Source: Thermodesulfovibrionales bacterium (GTDB lineage: Bacteria; Nitrospirota; Thermodesulfovibrionia; Thermodesulfovibrionales; SM23-35). Taken from it: 61,870 bases of DNA. The position numbers were made by a program, and so were the translations under genes. The stretch's first letter is position 1; each line of letters starts with the position of its first letter. Location: the NCBI GenBank assembly GCA_041660325.1, contig JBAZWR010000003.1:1-61870 (forward strand), written 5' to 3'. Positions 8,401 to 18,579 of this stretch are shown in pieces. Under the pieces are notes generated by a model. The model was not told where the DNA came from. It was given only the letters and a program-made list of their open reading frames with translations, and made no database searches.

Positions 8401-10476
8401 TTATTTCCTTCTCCTTAAGAAATCTCTCGGTTTTCCGGCTCCTCTGTGAGGGCCGACGAACCCGTCTTCTTCGAGGAGTTCCATTATTCTTGCCGCCCTG
8501 TTATAGCCTATTTTAAGCCGCCGCTGGATAGAAGAGATGGAAATCTCGCCGGTCGTTTCTCCGATGTCGACAGCCTTCCGATACATCTCGTCACGCTCGC
8601 CTTCATTGTCGTCCTCTGCGGATTCATCGGGTATCTGTATGCTTTCGTATATGGTGTAGTCGGGATGGGCCTGGGTCTTGACGAAGTCGACGACGCTCTT
8701 AATTTCCTCTTCGGTTACCAAAGCGCCGTGGACGCGGACAATCCTCGTGCCCGGCAGCATAAGCAGCATGTCACCCTTTCCGAGCAACTGTTCGGCGCCG
8801 TGCGTATCAAGGATCGTCCTTGCATCAACCTTTGATGACACCTGGAAGGCTATCCTTGCGGGGAAATTCGCCTTGATAATTCCGGTGATTACGTCTACCG
8901 ACGGCCTCTGTGTTGCGAGTATAAGGTGAATGCCCGAGGCCCTTCCCATCTGGGCAAGCCTTGCAATTGAGTCTTCTACATCGCCGGGCGCGGTGAACAT
9001 AAGGTCGGCAAGTTCGTCTATGATAATTACAATATAGGGCAGCAGTTCTTCATCCTTTGCCTTGAGGTTGTAACTCTCGATATTTCTTGCGGTCCTCTCT
9101 GCAAGCACCCGGTATCTTCTTTCCATTTCAAAGACCATCTTCTTTAATCCTTCGGCAGCCTCCTTGGGATTGGTGATGACCGGAGAAATAAGATGCGGGA
9201 TTTCTTCATAGGCTGATAGTTCCAACAGCTTCGGGTCTATCATCAACATCTTCACTTCCTGCGGTGTTGCCTTGTAAAGGACGCTCATCACCATGGAATT
9301 TATCGATACGCTCTTGCCCGAGCCTGTTGCGCCCGCGACTAAAAGATGCGGCATCTTCGATAAATCCGCTACGACCGGCAGACCGGAAATGTCCTTGCCG
9401 AGGCCGAGGGTCAGTCTTGATTTGGTCTTTTTGAACCCTTCCGATGAAAGTATCTCCCGCAGACAGACCGTCTCCCTCTGTTTATTGGGGACTTCTATTC
9501 CTATTACCGCCCTGCCCGGAATCGGAGAAATCCTGACGCTCTGCGCCTTCAGCGCCAGCGCGAGGTCGTCGCAAAGGGACACTATCCGGTTGATCTTGAC
9601 TCCCGGCGCCGGTTCGAACTCATACATGGTAACAATGGGTCCGGGGTGGACCGAGGTGATCTTTCCTTCGACGCCGAAATCCCCGAGTTTCCTTTCGATA
9701 AGAGATGAATCGTTCCAAAGCTCGTCCTTTGAAGGTCTTATCGACGCCGGGTCGGGCGGATGCAGGAGTTCCAGTGACGGCAGTTCATACCCGCCGGCCT
9801 TTCCCGTTCTAACGGAGACGGGTTCGATTAATAGCTCGGTTTCATGTATAACTATTGGAACGGATACAGGCTCTCTGATGAGTATCTCCTCTTCTTCCAA
9901 AGGAGCTTCTTCTATTATCTCGTCCGGTTCCGCCTCCTGCTTTTTTCTCCCTATCGCAACGGCAGTGACGGAAACGGGACTAATCAGGATGACGGATGAC
10001 AAAAACATGGAGAGTATGAAAATATATGCGCCGGGGACCGAGACAAAACTTACCGCAAGATGCGCTATCGCCCTTCCTGTCAGACCTCCAAGCCCGTCCG
10101 GAAATATTTCCGGCATTATTTGAAAGGTATCGGCCAACAAAGCTGACAGCATTGATGTGGAAAGGATAAACAGAAGGCTGCCAAGTAGATATACCTTATG
10201 ACCTTCTACGGCCAGCAGACGTTTAATGCCGAAGGCTATGATGAACAAAGGGACAACATAGGCGGCAAGGCCCAAAAATATAATCATCCATCCCGAAACG
10301 TAAGCTCCGACAATACCCCCAAAATTCAGGAGGGGTTCCGGCGGGTCCGTTGTTCTGAAAAACGGGACAGGGTCTCTCAGGGAATGGGTAAAGAGACTTA
10401 AGAGAAGATAAAGGCTTCCCATTACCGAAATAACGCCGATGACCTCTTCTTTGACTCTCTTCAGCCTTTCAGCCAT
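8401..10476 (-). CDS. ftsK: DNA translocase FtsK/SpoIIIE
   Basis: 691 aa. It has N-terminal transmembrane helices, an acidic linker, a Walker A motif (GATGSGKS), the motor domain, and a C-terminal gamma wHTH (ISISSIQRRLKIGYNRAARIMELLEEDG). Confidence 0.95.
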   Translation of the reverse strand: MAERLKRVKEEVIGVISVMGSLYLLLSLFTHSLRDPVPFFRTTDPPEPLLNFGGIVGAYVSGWMIIFLGLAAYVVPLFIIAFGIKRLLAVEGHKVYLLGSLLFILSTSMLSALLADTFQIMPEIFPDGLGGLTGRAIAHLAVSFVSVPGAYIFILSMFLSSVILISPVSVTAVAIGRKKQEAEPDEIIEEAPLEEEEILIREPVSVPIVIHETELLIEPVSVRTGKAGGYELPSLELLHPPDPASIRPSKDELWNDSSLIERKLGDFGVEGKITSVHPGPIVTMYEFEPAPGVKINRIVSLCDDLALALKAQSVRISPIPGRAVIGIEVPNKQRETVCLREILSSEGFKKTKSRLTLGLGKDISGLPVVADLSKMPHLLVAGATGSGKSVSINSMVMSVLYKATPQEVKMLMIDPKLLELSAYEEIPHLISPVITNPKEAAEGLKKMVFEMERRYRVLAERTARNIESYNLKAKDEELLPYIVIIIDELADLMFTAPGDVEDSIARLAQMGRASGIHLILATQRPSVDVITGIIKANFPARIAFQVSSKVDARTILDTHGAEQLLGKGDMLLMLPGTRIVRVHGALVTEEEIKSVVDFVKTQAHPDYTIYESIQIPDESAEDDNEGERDEMYRKAVDIGETTGEISISSIQRRLKIGYNRAARIMELLEEDGFVGPHRGAGKPRDFLRRRK

Positions 10477-11228
10477 ATACCAGCTATTATAACAGCAGCA
10501 AGAAGAAACCTGTAATAAACAAAGAGGTCCAGAGGATACGTTTTCAGAAACTTCATCATAAATTTTATGGCGAAGAACCCGGTGATGAAAGAGGAAATCA
10601 GACCTGCCGCAAAAATCTGAAGGTTATGACCCCCGTTATTGATAAAGGCGTCCTTGAAGTGAAGCATAAAAGCGCCGCCGATAATCGGCGTAGAAAGCAG
10701 GAAGGAGAACCTTGCCGCAGTCTCCCTTTCAAGTCCTCTAAAGAGACCGGCAGAGATGGTCAAACCCGACCTTGAAACTCCGGGGATAATGGCAATAGCC
10801 TGGGCAACGCCGATAAAAATCACATCTTTCATTGCAAGCTGGTCCATGTCCCTGTATTTGTATATTTTTTCAGCCGCCAGCATAATGACGCCGCCGACTA
10901 TCAGCGTGATACTGATCAGCAGGGGGCTTCTCAGGGAATGCTCCACAAAACCGTTAAGGAAAAACCCCGCAAGCCCTGCAGGGATTGACGCAGTAATAAT
11001 CAGTCCCAATAACCTGTGATTTTTGAAAAACAGATCGGTCCAGTCCTTCCGGAAGCAAAGAAGAAGGGCCAGCAGTGTGCCCCCGTGCAGCGCGACATCA
11101 AAGGTAAGTGTATCCACCTCTCCGCTCCAGTTTAAAAACCACGGGAACAGTATAAGATGGGCCGTACTGCTAACCGGCAGGAATTCCGTCAGTCCCTGGA
11201 CTAAACCTAATATTATCGCTTGCAGCAT
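10461..11228 (-). CDS. uppP: Undecaprenyl-diphosphate phosphatase
   Basis: 255 aa and polytopic. The motifs LGLVQGLTEFLPVSSTAHL and PGVSRSG are BacA/UppP signatures. Confidence 0.9.
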   Translation of the reverse strand: MLQAIILGLVQGLTEFLPVSSTAHLILFPWFLNWSGEVDTLTFDVALHGGTLLALLLCFRKDWTDLFFKNHRLLGLIITASIPAGLAGFFLNGFVEHSLRSPLLISITLIVGGVIMLAAEKIYKYRDMDQLAMKDVIFIGVAQAIAIIPGVSRSGLTISAGLFRGLERETAARFSFLLSTPIIGGAFMLHFKDAFINNGGHNLQIFAAGLISSFITGFFAIKFMMKFLKTYPLDLFVYYRFLLAAVIIAGIWLKG

Positions 11229-11281
11229 GAAACATTATTATAGCAGAAACATAGCGGGGAATAAGCGCTGACCTGATTTCT

Positions 11282-12937
11282 TTAAACCTCGATTATAATC
11301 GGCATGATCATGGGCTTGCGGTCCATGGTGTCTCTGAGATATTTCTTGAGGGTGCTTCTGATTTTTGCCTTAAGCAGCGAGGTGTCTGCAATATATTCCC
11401 GCTCAAGACCTTTGATGGTTTTTTCAAGGAGTTCCTTTACGTTATTGATTATCTCCTGTGAGACGTCTTCAAAGATAAAGCCCCTCGATATGATTTCAGG
11501 GCCTGAGACGATATTGCCTGTCAGCTTTTCAATAACTAAAAGAATTATCACGATCCCGTCGTGTGCAAGCCTAAGGCGGTCACGAAGGACCATCTCCTCT
11601 ACATCGCCGTAACCTTTGCCGTCAATAAAGATGCGTCCCGAATTTATATTGCCGCTCTTCCTGGCTTCCGATTCGTTAATCTCCAGTACGTCGCCGTTCT
11701 GCATGATGAATATATTCTCCTTCGGGATGTCCATTTTTTTGGCGAGCATAGAATGATATATGAGGTGTCTGTATTCACCGTGAATCGGCATAAAATACCT
11801 GGGTTTGATCAGGTTGAGCATGAGTTTCAGCTCTTCCTTCGAGGCATGGCCCGAAACGTGCACCTCGGATACCTTTTCATAGATGACATTTGCGCCCCTC
11901 CTGAAAAGATGGTTTATAATCCTGCCGATGGAACGCTCATTTCCGGGGATCATCTTTGCGGACAGGATAACGGTGTCGCCTTCTCTGATCTTGATCTGCT
12001 TGTGCTCATCCGTTGCAATCCTTGAGAGAACGCTCATCGGCTCGCCCTGGCTGCCGGTTGTGATGATAACCACTTCATGGTCCTCCAGCTTTTTGAGGTC
12101 CTCCAGCTTAAGCCAGGTCTCCTTAGGTATTTTTAAATATCCCAGATTTAACGCTATCTGCGCGTTCGATACTATGCTTTTACCGGAGAGGATCACTTTG
12201 CGCCCATATTTTACCGCAACGTCTATAGCCTGCTGAATGCGGTGGATGTTTGATGCAAAGGTCGCAATTATTATCCTCCCCCGGGTATTCGAAAAAATAT
12301 CCTCAAAGGCCCTCCTCACCTCTTTCTCGGAGAATGTGAAGCCGCCTTTTTCCGCATTGGTGCTGTCCGACAGGAGAAGCAGTGTGCCCCTTTCTCCGTA
12401 TTCGGCAAACCTGTGGAAATCCATAAGCTGGCCGTCTACCGGCGTAGGGTCGAGCTTAAAGTCTCCGGTATGCACGACAAGGCCCGCAGGAGTTGTTATG
12501 CCAAGGCCGACGCCGTCGACAATGCTGTGAGTGACCCTTACGAATTCAATCGAAAAAACGCCGATTGTTATTATGTCCCTCGGCATAACAGGAATAAGTT
12601 CCGCGTCTTCAAGGTTATGTTCACGGAGTTTTTCTCTCACTAACCCGAGAGTCAGCGGAGTGCCGTATACGGGGATCTTCATTTCCTTCAATAGAAAAGG
12701 CAGGGCGCCTGTGTGATCTTCATGTCCATGGGTAAGGATGACCGCCCTCACCTTTTCACGGTTGTTAAGCAAATAGGAAAAATTAGGGATGATGAAATCT
12801 ACTCCAAGAGTGTCTTCTTCGGGGAACATAAGGCCGGCGTCAACAACGATAAGATCGTTCCCGTATTCGAAGACCGTCATGTTTATGCCGATCTCCTCAA
12901 CGCCGCCCAATGGGATAACAGAAAGTGTATTCTCCAC
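11282..12937 (-). CDS. rnj: Ribonuclease J
   Basis: 551 aa. It has the metallo-beta-lactamase motif THGHEDHTGALP, a beta-CASP region and the RNase J C-terminal domain. Confidence 0.9.
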   Translation of the reverse strand: MENTLSVIPLGGVEEIGINMTVFEYGNDLIVVDAGLMFPEEDTLGVDFIIPNFSYLLNNREKVRAVILTHGHEDHTGALPFLLKEMKIPVYGTPLTLGLVREKLREHNLEDAELIPVMPRDIITIGVFSIEFVRVTHSIVDGVGLGITTPAGLVVHTGDFKLDPTPVDGQLMDFHRFAEYGERGTLLLLSDSTNAEKGGFTFSEKEVRRAFEDIFSNTRGRIIIATFASNIHRIQQAIDVAVKYGRKVILSGKSIVSNAQIALNLGYLKIPKETWLKLEDLKKLEDHEVVIITTGSQGEPMSVLSRIATDEHKQIKIREGDTVILSAKMIPGNERSIGRIINHLFRRGANVIYEKVSEVHVSGHASKEELKLMLNLIKPRYFMPIHGEYRHLIYHSMLAKKMDIPKENIFIMQNGDVLEINESEARKSGNINSGRIFIDGKGYGDVEEMVLRDRLRLAHDGIVIILLVIEKLTGNIVSGPEIISRGFIFEDVSQEIINNVKELLEKTIKGLEREYIADTSLLKAKIRSTLKKYLRDTMDRKPMIMPIIIEV

Positions 12938-13022
12938 GAGTCAATATTATAGCAGATTTTGAAACCTATAATGACTTTTTGACCATACTTCTTATAAAAT
13001 CAAAAGGAAAAGGAGATTTTTA

Positions 13023-13688
13023 ATGGAAGATCTGAAAAAGTCCGAGCCCTGGAGGGTATTTAGAATACAGTCCGAACTTGTCGAGGGGTTTGAAAACCTC
13101 AGCGATATAGGGCCTGCCGTAGCGATATTCGGCAGTTCACGGATGAAGCCGGGTTCTTTTTATTATGAGAAAGCCGTCAAACTCGGCGAAATACTCTCTG
13201 ATGCAGGCTTTGCTGTCATCACCGGTGGCGGCCCCGGCATTATGGAAGGAGCAAATAAGGGTGCGAAGAGTAACAAAGGGAAATCAGTCGGTCTGAATAT
13301 AGAAATACCCGCAGAGCAGCATCCGAATAAATATCAGGACGTCTCTCTGTCCTTCAGATATTTTTTTGTCAGAAAACTCATGTTCGTCAAATATTCCTCC
13401 GCCTTCATTATCTTCCCCGGCGGCTTCGGGACTATGGATGAAATGTTTGAAGCGCTGACGCTCTCCCAGACAAAAAAGATCGGGGTATTTCCGATAATAC
13501 TTTTCGGTAAAGAATACTGGGGCGGACTTATCGAATGGTTCAAAACAACTCTCATAAAAGCCGCCACGATAGCTCCGGAAGACTTAGGTCTCATTTCCCT
13601 CGTAGATGACGTTCATGAGGTTTGCGACATCCTAAGGGATTTTAATAGAGTTTATAATGCCGGCATGCCGGAGTGCAATAATAAATGA
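13023..13688 (+). CDS. LOG/TIGR00730-family Rossmann-fold nucleotide-binding protein
   Basis: VITGGGPGIMEGANKGA and PGGFGTMDEMFE are the family motifs. Confidence 0.85.
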   Translation: MEDLKKSEPWRVFRIQSELVEGFENLSDIGPAVAIFGSSRMKPGSFYYEKAVKLGEILSDAGFAVITGGGPGIMEGANKGAKSNKGKSVGLNIEIPAEQHPNKYQDVSLSFRYFFVRKLMFVKYSSAFIIFPGGFGTMDEMFEALTLSQTKKIGVFPIILFGKEYWGGLIEWFKTTLIKAATIAPEDLGLISLVDDVHEVCDILRDFNRVYNAGMPECNNK

Positions 13689-14249
13689 TTATCTCCGAGG
13701 GTGTTCTCTTCGATAATCCACCGGCTTTTCCTTCAGCCCCTTCCGGCTCCATATGCCAAGCTCATTACTTCTTGCTTCGGTCTGTGCCGCGGTCAGCTCA
13801 TTCACATATCTGACGTTAGGCGGCACGGTAAATAGCACTGCATAACCGCCTTTTACCATTAAAAGGTTGATAATCCGTCCATCGGTTGTCCTCAGATATG
13901 CGAGGGTGCGTCCGTATTTATCTCTTCTCTCAACATCATATTCCAGGCTGACCTTCCATCCCGAAGCCCGCAGGAGATCCTCCAGGTATTGTTTCGACTT
14001 CCGTCCCCACGGCTTCTGTCCCAGTTCAGGCGCGTCCATTCCGATAAACCTGACCTTTTCCTCTTTACGGTCAATCAAAACCGTTACGGTATCGCCGTCG
14101 GCAACCGATACGACGGACACAAACGGTTCATCGGCGTTCTGTTTCGAGAAAGAATATTTATCATACGCCGGAGAAAAAACGGCAACGACGATAAAGATTA
14201 TTGTCGGAACAAGATTGAACCGCTTGAATTTTGCAGGCTTTCCGTTCAT
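13689..14249 (-). CDS. Thermonuclease (SNase-like) family protein with an N-terminal membrane anchor or signal
   Basis: VVSVADGDTVTVL...VRFIGMDAPE...KYGRTLAYL is the staphylococcal-nuclease-like core. Confidence 0.8.
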   Translation of the reverse strand: MNGKPAKFKRFNLVPTIIFIVVAVFSPAYDKYSFSKQNADEPFVSVVSVADGDTVTVLIDRKEEKVRFIGMDAPELGQKPWGRKSKQYLEDLLRASGWKVSLEYDVERRDKYGRTLAYLRTTDGRIINLLMVKGGYAVLFTVPPNVRYVNELTAAQTEARSNELGIWSRKGLKEKPVDYRREHPRR

Positions 14250-14326
14250 ACTCCTATTATATACTTTTAACCTCCGGCTTTTTAACTGTATAATTAAACC
14301 TGTAAGAAGGGGATTTATCGATCACA

Positions 14327-15082
14327 ATGGACCCATATATAAAAAGAAAAATAATAAAGTATCAGGGCGCATCCGGAGAAGAAACGGAAGACTCCGTCGC
14401 AGTTGAGAAGAAGCTCAGGTTATTTCTTAACGGGGAAGAACTCATTACCCTGAATTGCACTCCCTCCATGATTCCCGAACTGATCAACGGTATTCTCCTT
14501 ACTGAAAATATCGTGTCGGATAAAATACCATCGGAAAGTATTACATTACAAATAAACGAGGGGCTTAGCGTCTATGTATCTGTTGCCGGAGATGCCGTAC
14601 CGGAGGGGATGCATTTTACCCGTTGCCTTGGAGGTTTTACTTTCAGTCAGGGAAAAACATTCCGGAAGATTGAAGATAATTTTGTTCTTGCGCCTGAAAA
14701 CCTGATGGCAATATTTCAGGGGTTCCATCAAAGGTCTGAACTCTTCAGACTGACCGGTTGTTTCCACAGCGCCGCTCTCTCCGACGGCAAAAGCATTCTC
14801 GCCTTTGCCGAAGATATCGGGAGGCACAATGCCGTTGATAAGGTGACGGGATACGCTCTCCTGAATGATATTTCGTTCCGGGGGAAATTAATGCTCGTCA
14901 GTTGCCGCATTTCATCGGAGATCGTTTCGAAATGCGCGAGATGGGAGATCCCCGTCATTGCAAGCCGTGGGGCTGCTACCGACCTTGCGGTGGAAATAGC
15001 GGAAGCGGCAGGCATGACCCTTATCGGTTTTGTAAGGGGCGGAAATCTGAACGTCTATTCAAACCCCCAAAGGATTTCCTAA
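14327..15082 (+). CDS. fdhD: Formate dehydrogenase accessory sulfurtransferase FdhD
   Basis: 251 aa. TGCFHSAALS, EDIGRHNAVDKV and SSRGAATDLAVEIAE are typical FdhD blocks. Confidence 0.85.
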   Translation: MDPYIKRKIIKYQGASGEETEDSVAVEKKLRLFLNGEELITLNCTPSMIPELINGILLTENIVSDKIPSESITLQINEGLSVYVSVAGDAVPEGMHFTRCLGGFTFSQGKTFRKIEDNFVLAPENLMAIFQGFHQRSELFRLTGCFHSAALSDGKSILAFAEDIGRHNAVDKVTGYALLNDISFRGKLMLVSCRISSEIVSKCARWEIPVIASRGAATDLAVEIAEAAGMTLIGFVRGGNLNVYSNPQRIS

Positions 15083-15117
15083 AAAGCAAAATGATTTTTT
15101 GAGATTACCATATCCAC

Positions 15118-15290
15118 CTAAACGTTGCAAAACATATTCTCAATTTGAAAGGCGGATATGATAAAAAAACATTTAGAATGCGACAAAAGATAATTCATAT
15201 ACACCTGACGGCACTTTAAACTTAAAGTGCCTTTCAGATAAATGGATATCGAACAGTGTTGAAAGTGCATTAAGGAGTCGCCTAAAAGCT
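15118..15290 (+). repeat. Intergenic structured repeat, copy A (divergent member)
   Basis: It shares the blocks CTAAACGTTGCAAAA, AATGCGACAAAAGA, CTTTCAGA and GCATTAAGG.GTCGC, in the same order, with copy B. It contains a perfect 10-bp hairpin: GGCACTTTAA (15210-15219), loop ac, TTAAAGTGCC (15222-15231). Confidence 0.5.
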
Positions 15291-15326
15291 TTTTTATCAT
15301 ATCTGCCTTTCATTTTATGCAACTTG

Positions 15327-15335
15327 TGATATAAT
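15327..15335 (+). promoter_or_regulatory. Extended -10 element (TGaTATAAT) upstream of gspE
   Basis: TGATATAAT sits 20 nt upstream of the gspE ATG. No clear -35 box or Shine-Dalgarno sequence was seen. Confidence 0.3.
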
Positions 15336-15354
15336 TTATTAACGCGTTGATACG

Positions 15355-16878
15355 ATGATAAGAGACATCCCTTATTTAAACCCTGACGACCTTCCGAAAG
15401 TGCCGTTTGTAATCAACGGCATATCCTCCAGGTTTATTCGTGAAAACAGAATAGTCCCTCTTGATCTTAAAAATAACGTCCTTAAGGTCGTTATGGCGAA
15501 CCCCGATGATACGGCCGCCGTAGACGCCCTCAGGGTTGCCAGCGCCGCAGACGTCGTGATCTATGCTTCAGACAACGGCGCCCTTGAAGAATACCTCTCC
15601 CGGTTCTATGAACAGGAATCCCAGAACATAAACAGGATCATCGAGGACATGGGGGACAAGGGGATAGAATTTATCGGGGAGGAGCAGGAAGACGTCGGCC
15701 ACCTGAAAGACCTTGCTTCGGAGGCGCCTATCATCCGGCTTGTGAACATGCTGATTACGAGGGCCGTGGAGAGCAGGGCAAGCGATATCCATATAGAACC
15801 TTTTGAAGACGAATTAAAAGTGAGATACCGCATTGACGGCGTGCTCCATGATATAGAATCAACACCTAAGAGACTCCAGGCGGCAGTCGTATCGAGGATC
15901 AAGATTATGGCAAAACTCAATATCGCTGAAAGGAGACTGCCGCAGGACGGACGCATAAGGCTCAAAGTCGGCGAGAGTGAATTAGACCTGAGGGTATCGA
16001 CAATCCCGGTACTATATGGCGAGAGTGTTGTCATGAGGTTACTCCGCAAGGAAAGCATAGTTATAGACCTTAACCTTTTGGGGTTCCCTCCTCAAACCCT
16101 TACTTCTTTCGACCAGCTTATCACAAAACCAAACGGCATTATACTTGTCACGGGGCCTACCGGAAGCGGAAAGACCACTACACTTTACGGCGCGCTTGAT
16201 AAAATAAATTCGCCCGATAAAAAGATCATCACTGTTGAAGACCCTGTGGAATATCAGTTAAAGGGTGTAAACCAGATACAGGTTAAGCCGCAGATCGGTC
16301 TGAATTTTGAAAACACCCTGAGGCATATCGTCAGGCAGGACCCTGATATTATAATGATCGGTGAGATCAGAGACCTTGACACCGCCCAGATAGCGATACA
16401 ATCGGCCTTGACCGGTCACCTTGTTTTTTCGACGTTGCACACTAATGACGCTCCCAGCGCCATTACAAGGCTTCTTGACATGGGGGTCGAGAATTTTCTT
16501 CTTTCATCCACCATAAGAGGTATCCTCGCACAGAGACTCGTCCGGGTTATCTGTCCTTCATGCAAAGAGCCGGACCCGTCAATTGCCGCCAGGGAAGAAC
16601 TGAAACTTTTCGGGATCCGGGACGATGTTCAGCTCTATCGCGGGAAAGGATGCGAGACCTGCGCTTTCACGGGATATTACGGAAGGTCGGGAATATTCGA
16701 ACTGCTTGTGGTCGACGATGACGTCAGAAAGCTGATCTTAAAGAACGCCGATTCGAACGCGATCAGGACCGCTGCAAAACAGCACGGAATGAGAACTCTC
16801 CTTGAAGACGGCGCTGAAAAGATAAAAGACGGCGTTTCAACCCTGAGCGAGATCCTCAGGGTAATTCAGGAGGCATAA
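15355..16878 (+). CDS. gspE: Type II secretion / type IV pilus assembly ATPase GspE
   Basis: 507 aa. It has an N-terminal T2SSE_N-like domain, a Walker A motif (GPTGSGKTTT), the Asp/His boxes, and the tetracysteine motif CPSC...CETC. Confidence 0.9.
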   Translation: MIRDIPYLNPDDLPKVPFVINGISSRFIRENRIVPLDLKNNVLKVVMANPDDTAAVDALRVASAADVVIYASDNGALEEYLSRFYEQESQNINRIIEDMGDKGIEFIGEEQEDVGHLKDLASEAPIIRLVNMLITRAVESRASDIHIEPFEDELKVRYRIDGVLHDIESTPKRLQAAVVSRIKIMAKLNIAERRLPQDGRIRLKVGESELDLRVSTIPVLYGESVVMRLLRKESIVIDLNLLGFPPQTLTSFDQLITKPNGIILVTGPTGSGKTTTLYGALDKINSPDKKIITVEDPVEYQLKGVNQIQVKPQIGLNFENTLRHIVRQDPDIIMIGEIRDLDTAQIAIQSALTGHLVFSTLHTNDAPSAITRLLDMGVENFLLSSTIRGILAQRLVRVICPSCKEPDPSIAAREELKLFGIRDDVQLYRGKGCETCAFTGYYGRSGIFELLVVDDDVRKLILKNADSNAIRTAAKQHGMRTLLEDGAEKIKDGVSTLSEILRVIQEA

Positions 16879-18072
16879 TTGGCAGTTTTCTCTTACAGAG
16901 CCACTACAATGCAGGGCGCTATCGTAGAGGGCGTTATAGAAGCAAATGATGAAAAATCGGCGCTTGAGCGGCTAAGAAATGCCGGGTATATACCTCTCAA
17001 TGTTGCGGCGCCAAAGGAAAGCATTAATAAAAAAATCTCCCTGAGATCATCAAAGGGCGATGTCCTGACATTTACGTCGGAACTCTCCGTGCTCCTTGCC
17101 GCGGGATTACCCCTCGACAGAGGTCTCAATATCCTTGCTGAAATATCCGAGAGTGAAGAAATGAAGAATATCGTTCATTCCATCCTGAAATCCATAAGGG
17201 AAGGAAGTTCTTTCTCGGATGCTCTTGCAAAGCACCCCAAGGTATTCCCCAAGCTCTACGTGAACATGATAAGGGCCGGTGAAGCAGGCGGCGTGCTTGA
17301 CGTAGTTTTAGATAAATTGAATGAATTTTTAGAATCTTCAAAGGCCCTGAAAGAGCATATATTTTCCGTCATGATATATCCGATCATCCTCATCCTTACG
17401 GGAGGCGCATCTATCGTTGTACTTCTGACCTTTGTGCTTCCGAAATTCTCCGTCATATTTGCCGAGCTTGGAGGCTCATTGCCCCTGCCCACAAAGATAC
17501 TACTGACTTTCAGCAACGGCCTGAAGGCATACTGGTGGATCGTTGCTCTCGGAATATTTACGGGCTGGCTTGCGTTCAGAAACTATATCAGGTCCGATAC
17601 CGGCAGATATCAATGGGATTCATTTAAACTCAGGCTGATGGGAGATATTATAAAAAAACTCGAAACGGCGAGGTTCTGCAGGACGCTGGGCACCCTCCTG
17701 AAAAGCGGCGTGCCGCTTCTTCAGGCATTGCATAATGCCAAGGACGTCATCAACAATCAGGTCATAGCATCGGCAATCGACGCCGTTTCCTCGGGCGCCA
17801 AGGAGGGCAGAGGGATTGCCGATCCGCTGTCCATGACAAAAATGTTCCCTCAACTTGCCCTTTCCATGATCAAAGTGGGGGAAGAAACCGGACAGCTTGA
17901 TACCATGCTCATGAAGGTTGCTACGACATATGAAAGAAGTCTGAATGTCGCAATAAAGCGATTTGTAACTCTCCTTGAACCGGTCATGATTCTCGTCATG
18001 GGGTTAATCATGGGCTTTATCGTGATCGCAATGCTCCTGGCCATATTCAGCATTGTAGACCTTCCGTTTTAA
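16879..18072 (+). CDS. gspF: Type II secretion platform protein GspF
   Basis: 397 aa. The T2SSF domain is duplicated and there are three transmembrane segments. The gene starts immediately after the gspE stop. Confidence 0.9.
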   Translation: MAVFSYRATTMQGAIVEGVIEANDEKSALERLRNAGYIPLNVAAPKESINKKISLRSSKGDVLTFTSELSVLLAAGLPLDRGLNILAEISESEEMKNIVHSILKSIREGSSFSDALAKHPKVFPKLYVNMIRAGEAGGVLDVVLDKLNEFLESSKALKEHIFSVMIYPIILILTGGASIVVLLTFVLPKFSVIFAELGGSLPLPTKILLTFSNGLKAYWWIVALGIFTGWLAFRNYIRSDTGRYQWDSFKLRLMGDIIKKLETARFCRTLGTLLKSGVPLLQALHNAKDVINNQVIASAIDAVSSGAKEGRGIADPLSMTKMFPQLALSMIKVGEETGQLDTMLMKVATTYERSLNVAIKRFVTLLEPVMILVMGLIMGFIVIAMLLAIFSIVDLPF

Positions 18073-18076
18073 AAAT

Positions 18077-18577
18077 ATGCGGGTCAAAAGATGCAAGATG
18101 CAAAATGATAAATTTGAATTTTGCAATTTGCAAAGTGCATTTTGCATTCCCCGAAGGGGCTTTATCCTTCTTGAACTGATTGTCGTACTCTTTCTTATTA
18201 CACTCATCATGGGTATTGCATTAATCTTTTTTGCCAATTTCCTTCCTTCAAGCAGGCTGGATGCTACGGTCAGGAATATTTCGTCCACTATCAAGCATGC
18301 CCGCTCCCTTGCACGGATAAACAATCAGAGACAGATTGTCACTATCGACCTTGATACAAAACAATACGGCATAGAAGGCCGGGAGATCAAAGATATACCG
18401 GCTGATATCGGCGTCAAGATCATCGATCCGATGTCGGGAGAAATTTTTCAGGGGAAATATCATTTCCTGCTTTATGTTGCAGGTAATATTGAAGGCGGCA
18501 CGATAATCGTGTGGAATGCCAAAAAATCCATAAGCATCCAGCCGGACCCGATAGTGGGAGCGGTGATAATAAAATAG
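18077..18577 (+). CDS. gspH: Minor pseudopilin, GspH/FimT-like (prepilin-type N-terminal domain)
   Basis: It has the class III signal RRG|FILLELIVVLFLITLIMGIALIFF followed by a GspH-like region (ATVRNISSTIKHARSLA). The leader is long, at 20-27 aa. Confidence 0.6.
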   Translation: MRVKRCKMQNDKFEFCNLQSAFCIPRRGFILLELIVVLFLITLIMGIALIFFANFLPSSRLDATVRNISSTIKHARSLARINNQRQIVTIDLDTKQYGIEGREIKDIPADIGVKIIDPMSGEIFQGKYHFLLYVAGNIEGGTIIVWNAKKSISIQPDPIVGAVIIK

Positions 18578-18579
18578 AA

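Noticed and set aside
9293-10123. A 276-aa ORF on the plus strand inside ftsK. There are many similar long antisense ORFs, for example 11304-12952 within rnj, 24422-25189 within the kinase, 26230-27162 within the NtrC-like gene, and 37966-38373 within wzt.
   Set aside because: They lie entirely antisense to genes with strong family signatures. Their composition is Ser/Pro/Arg-rich and low in complexity, and they have no recognisable motifs. They are shadow ORFs.
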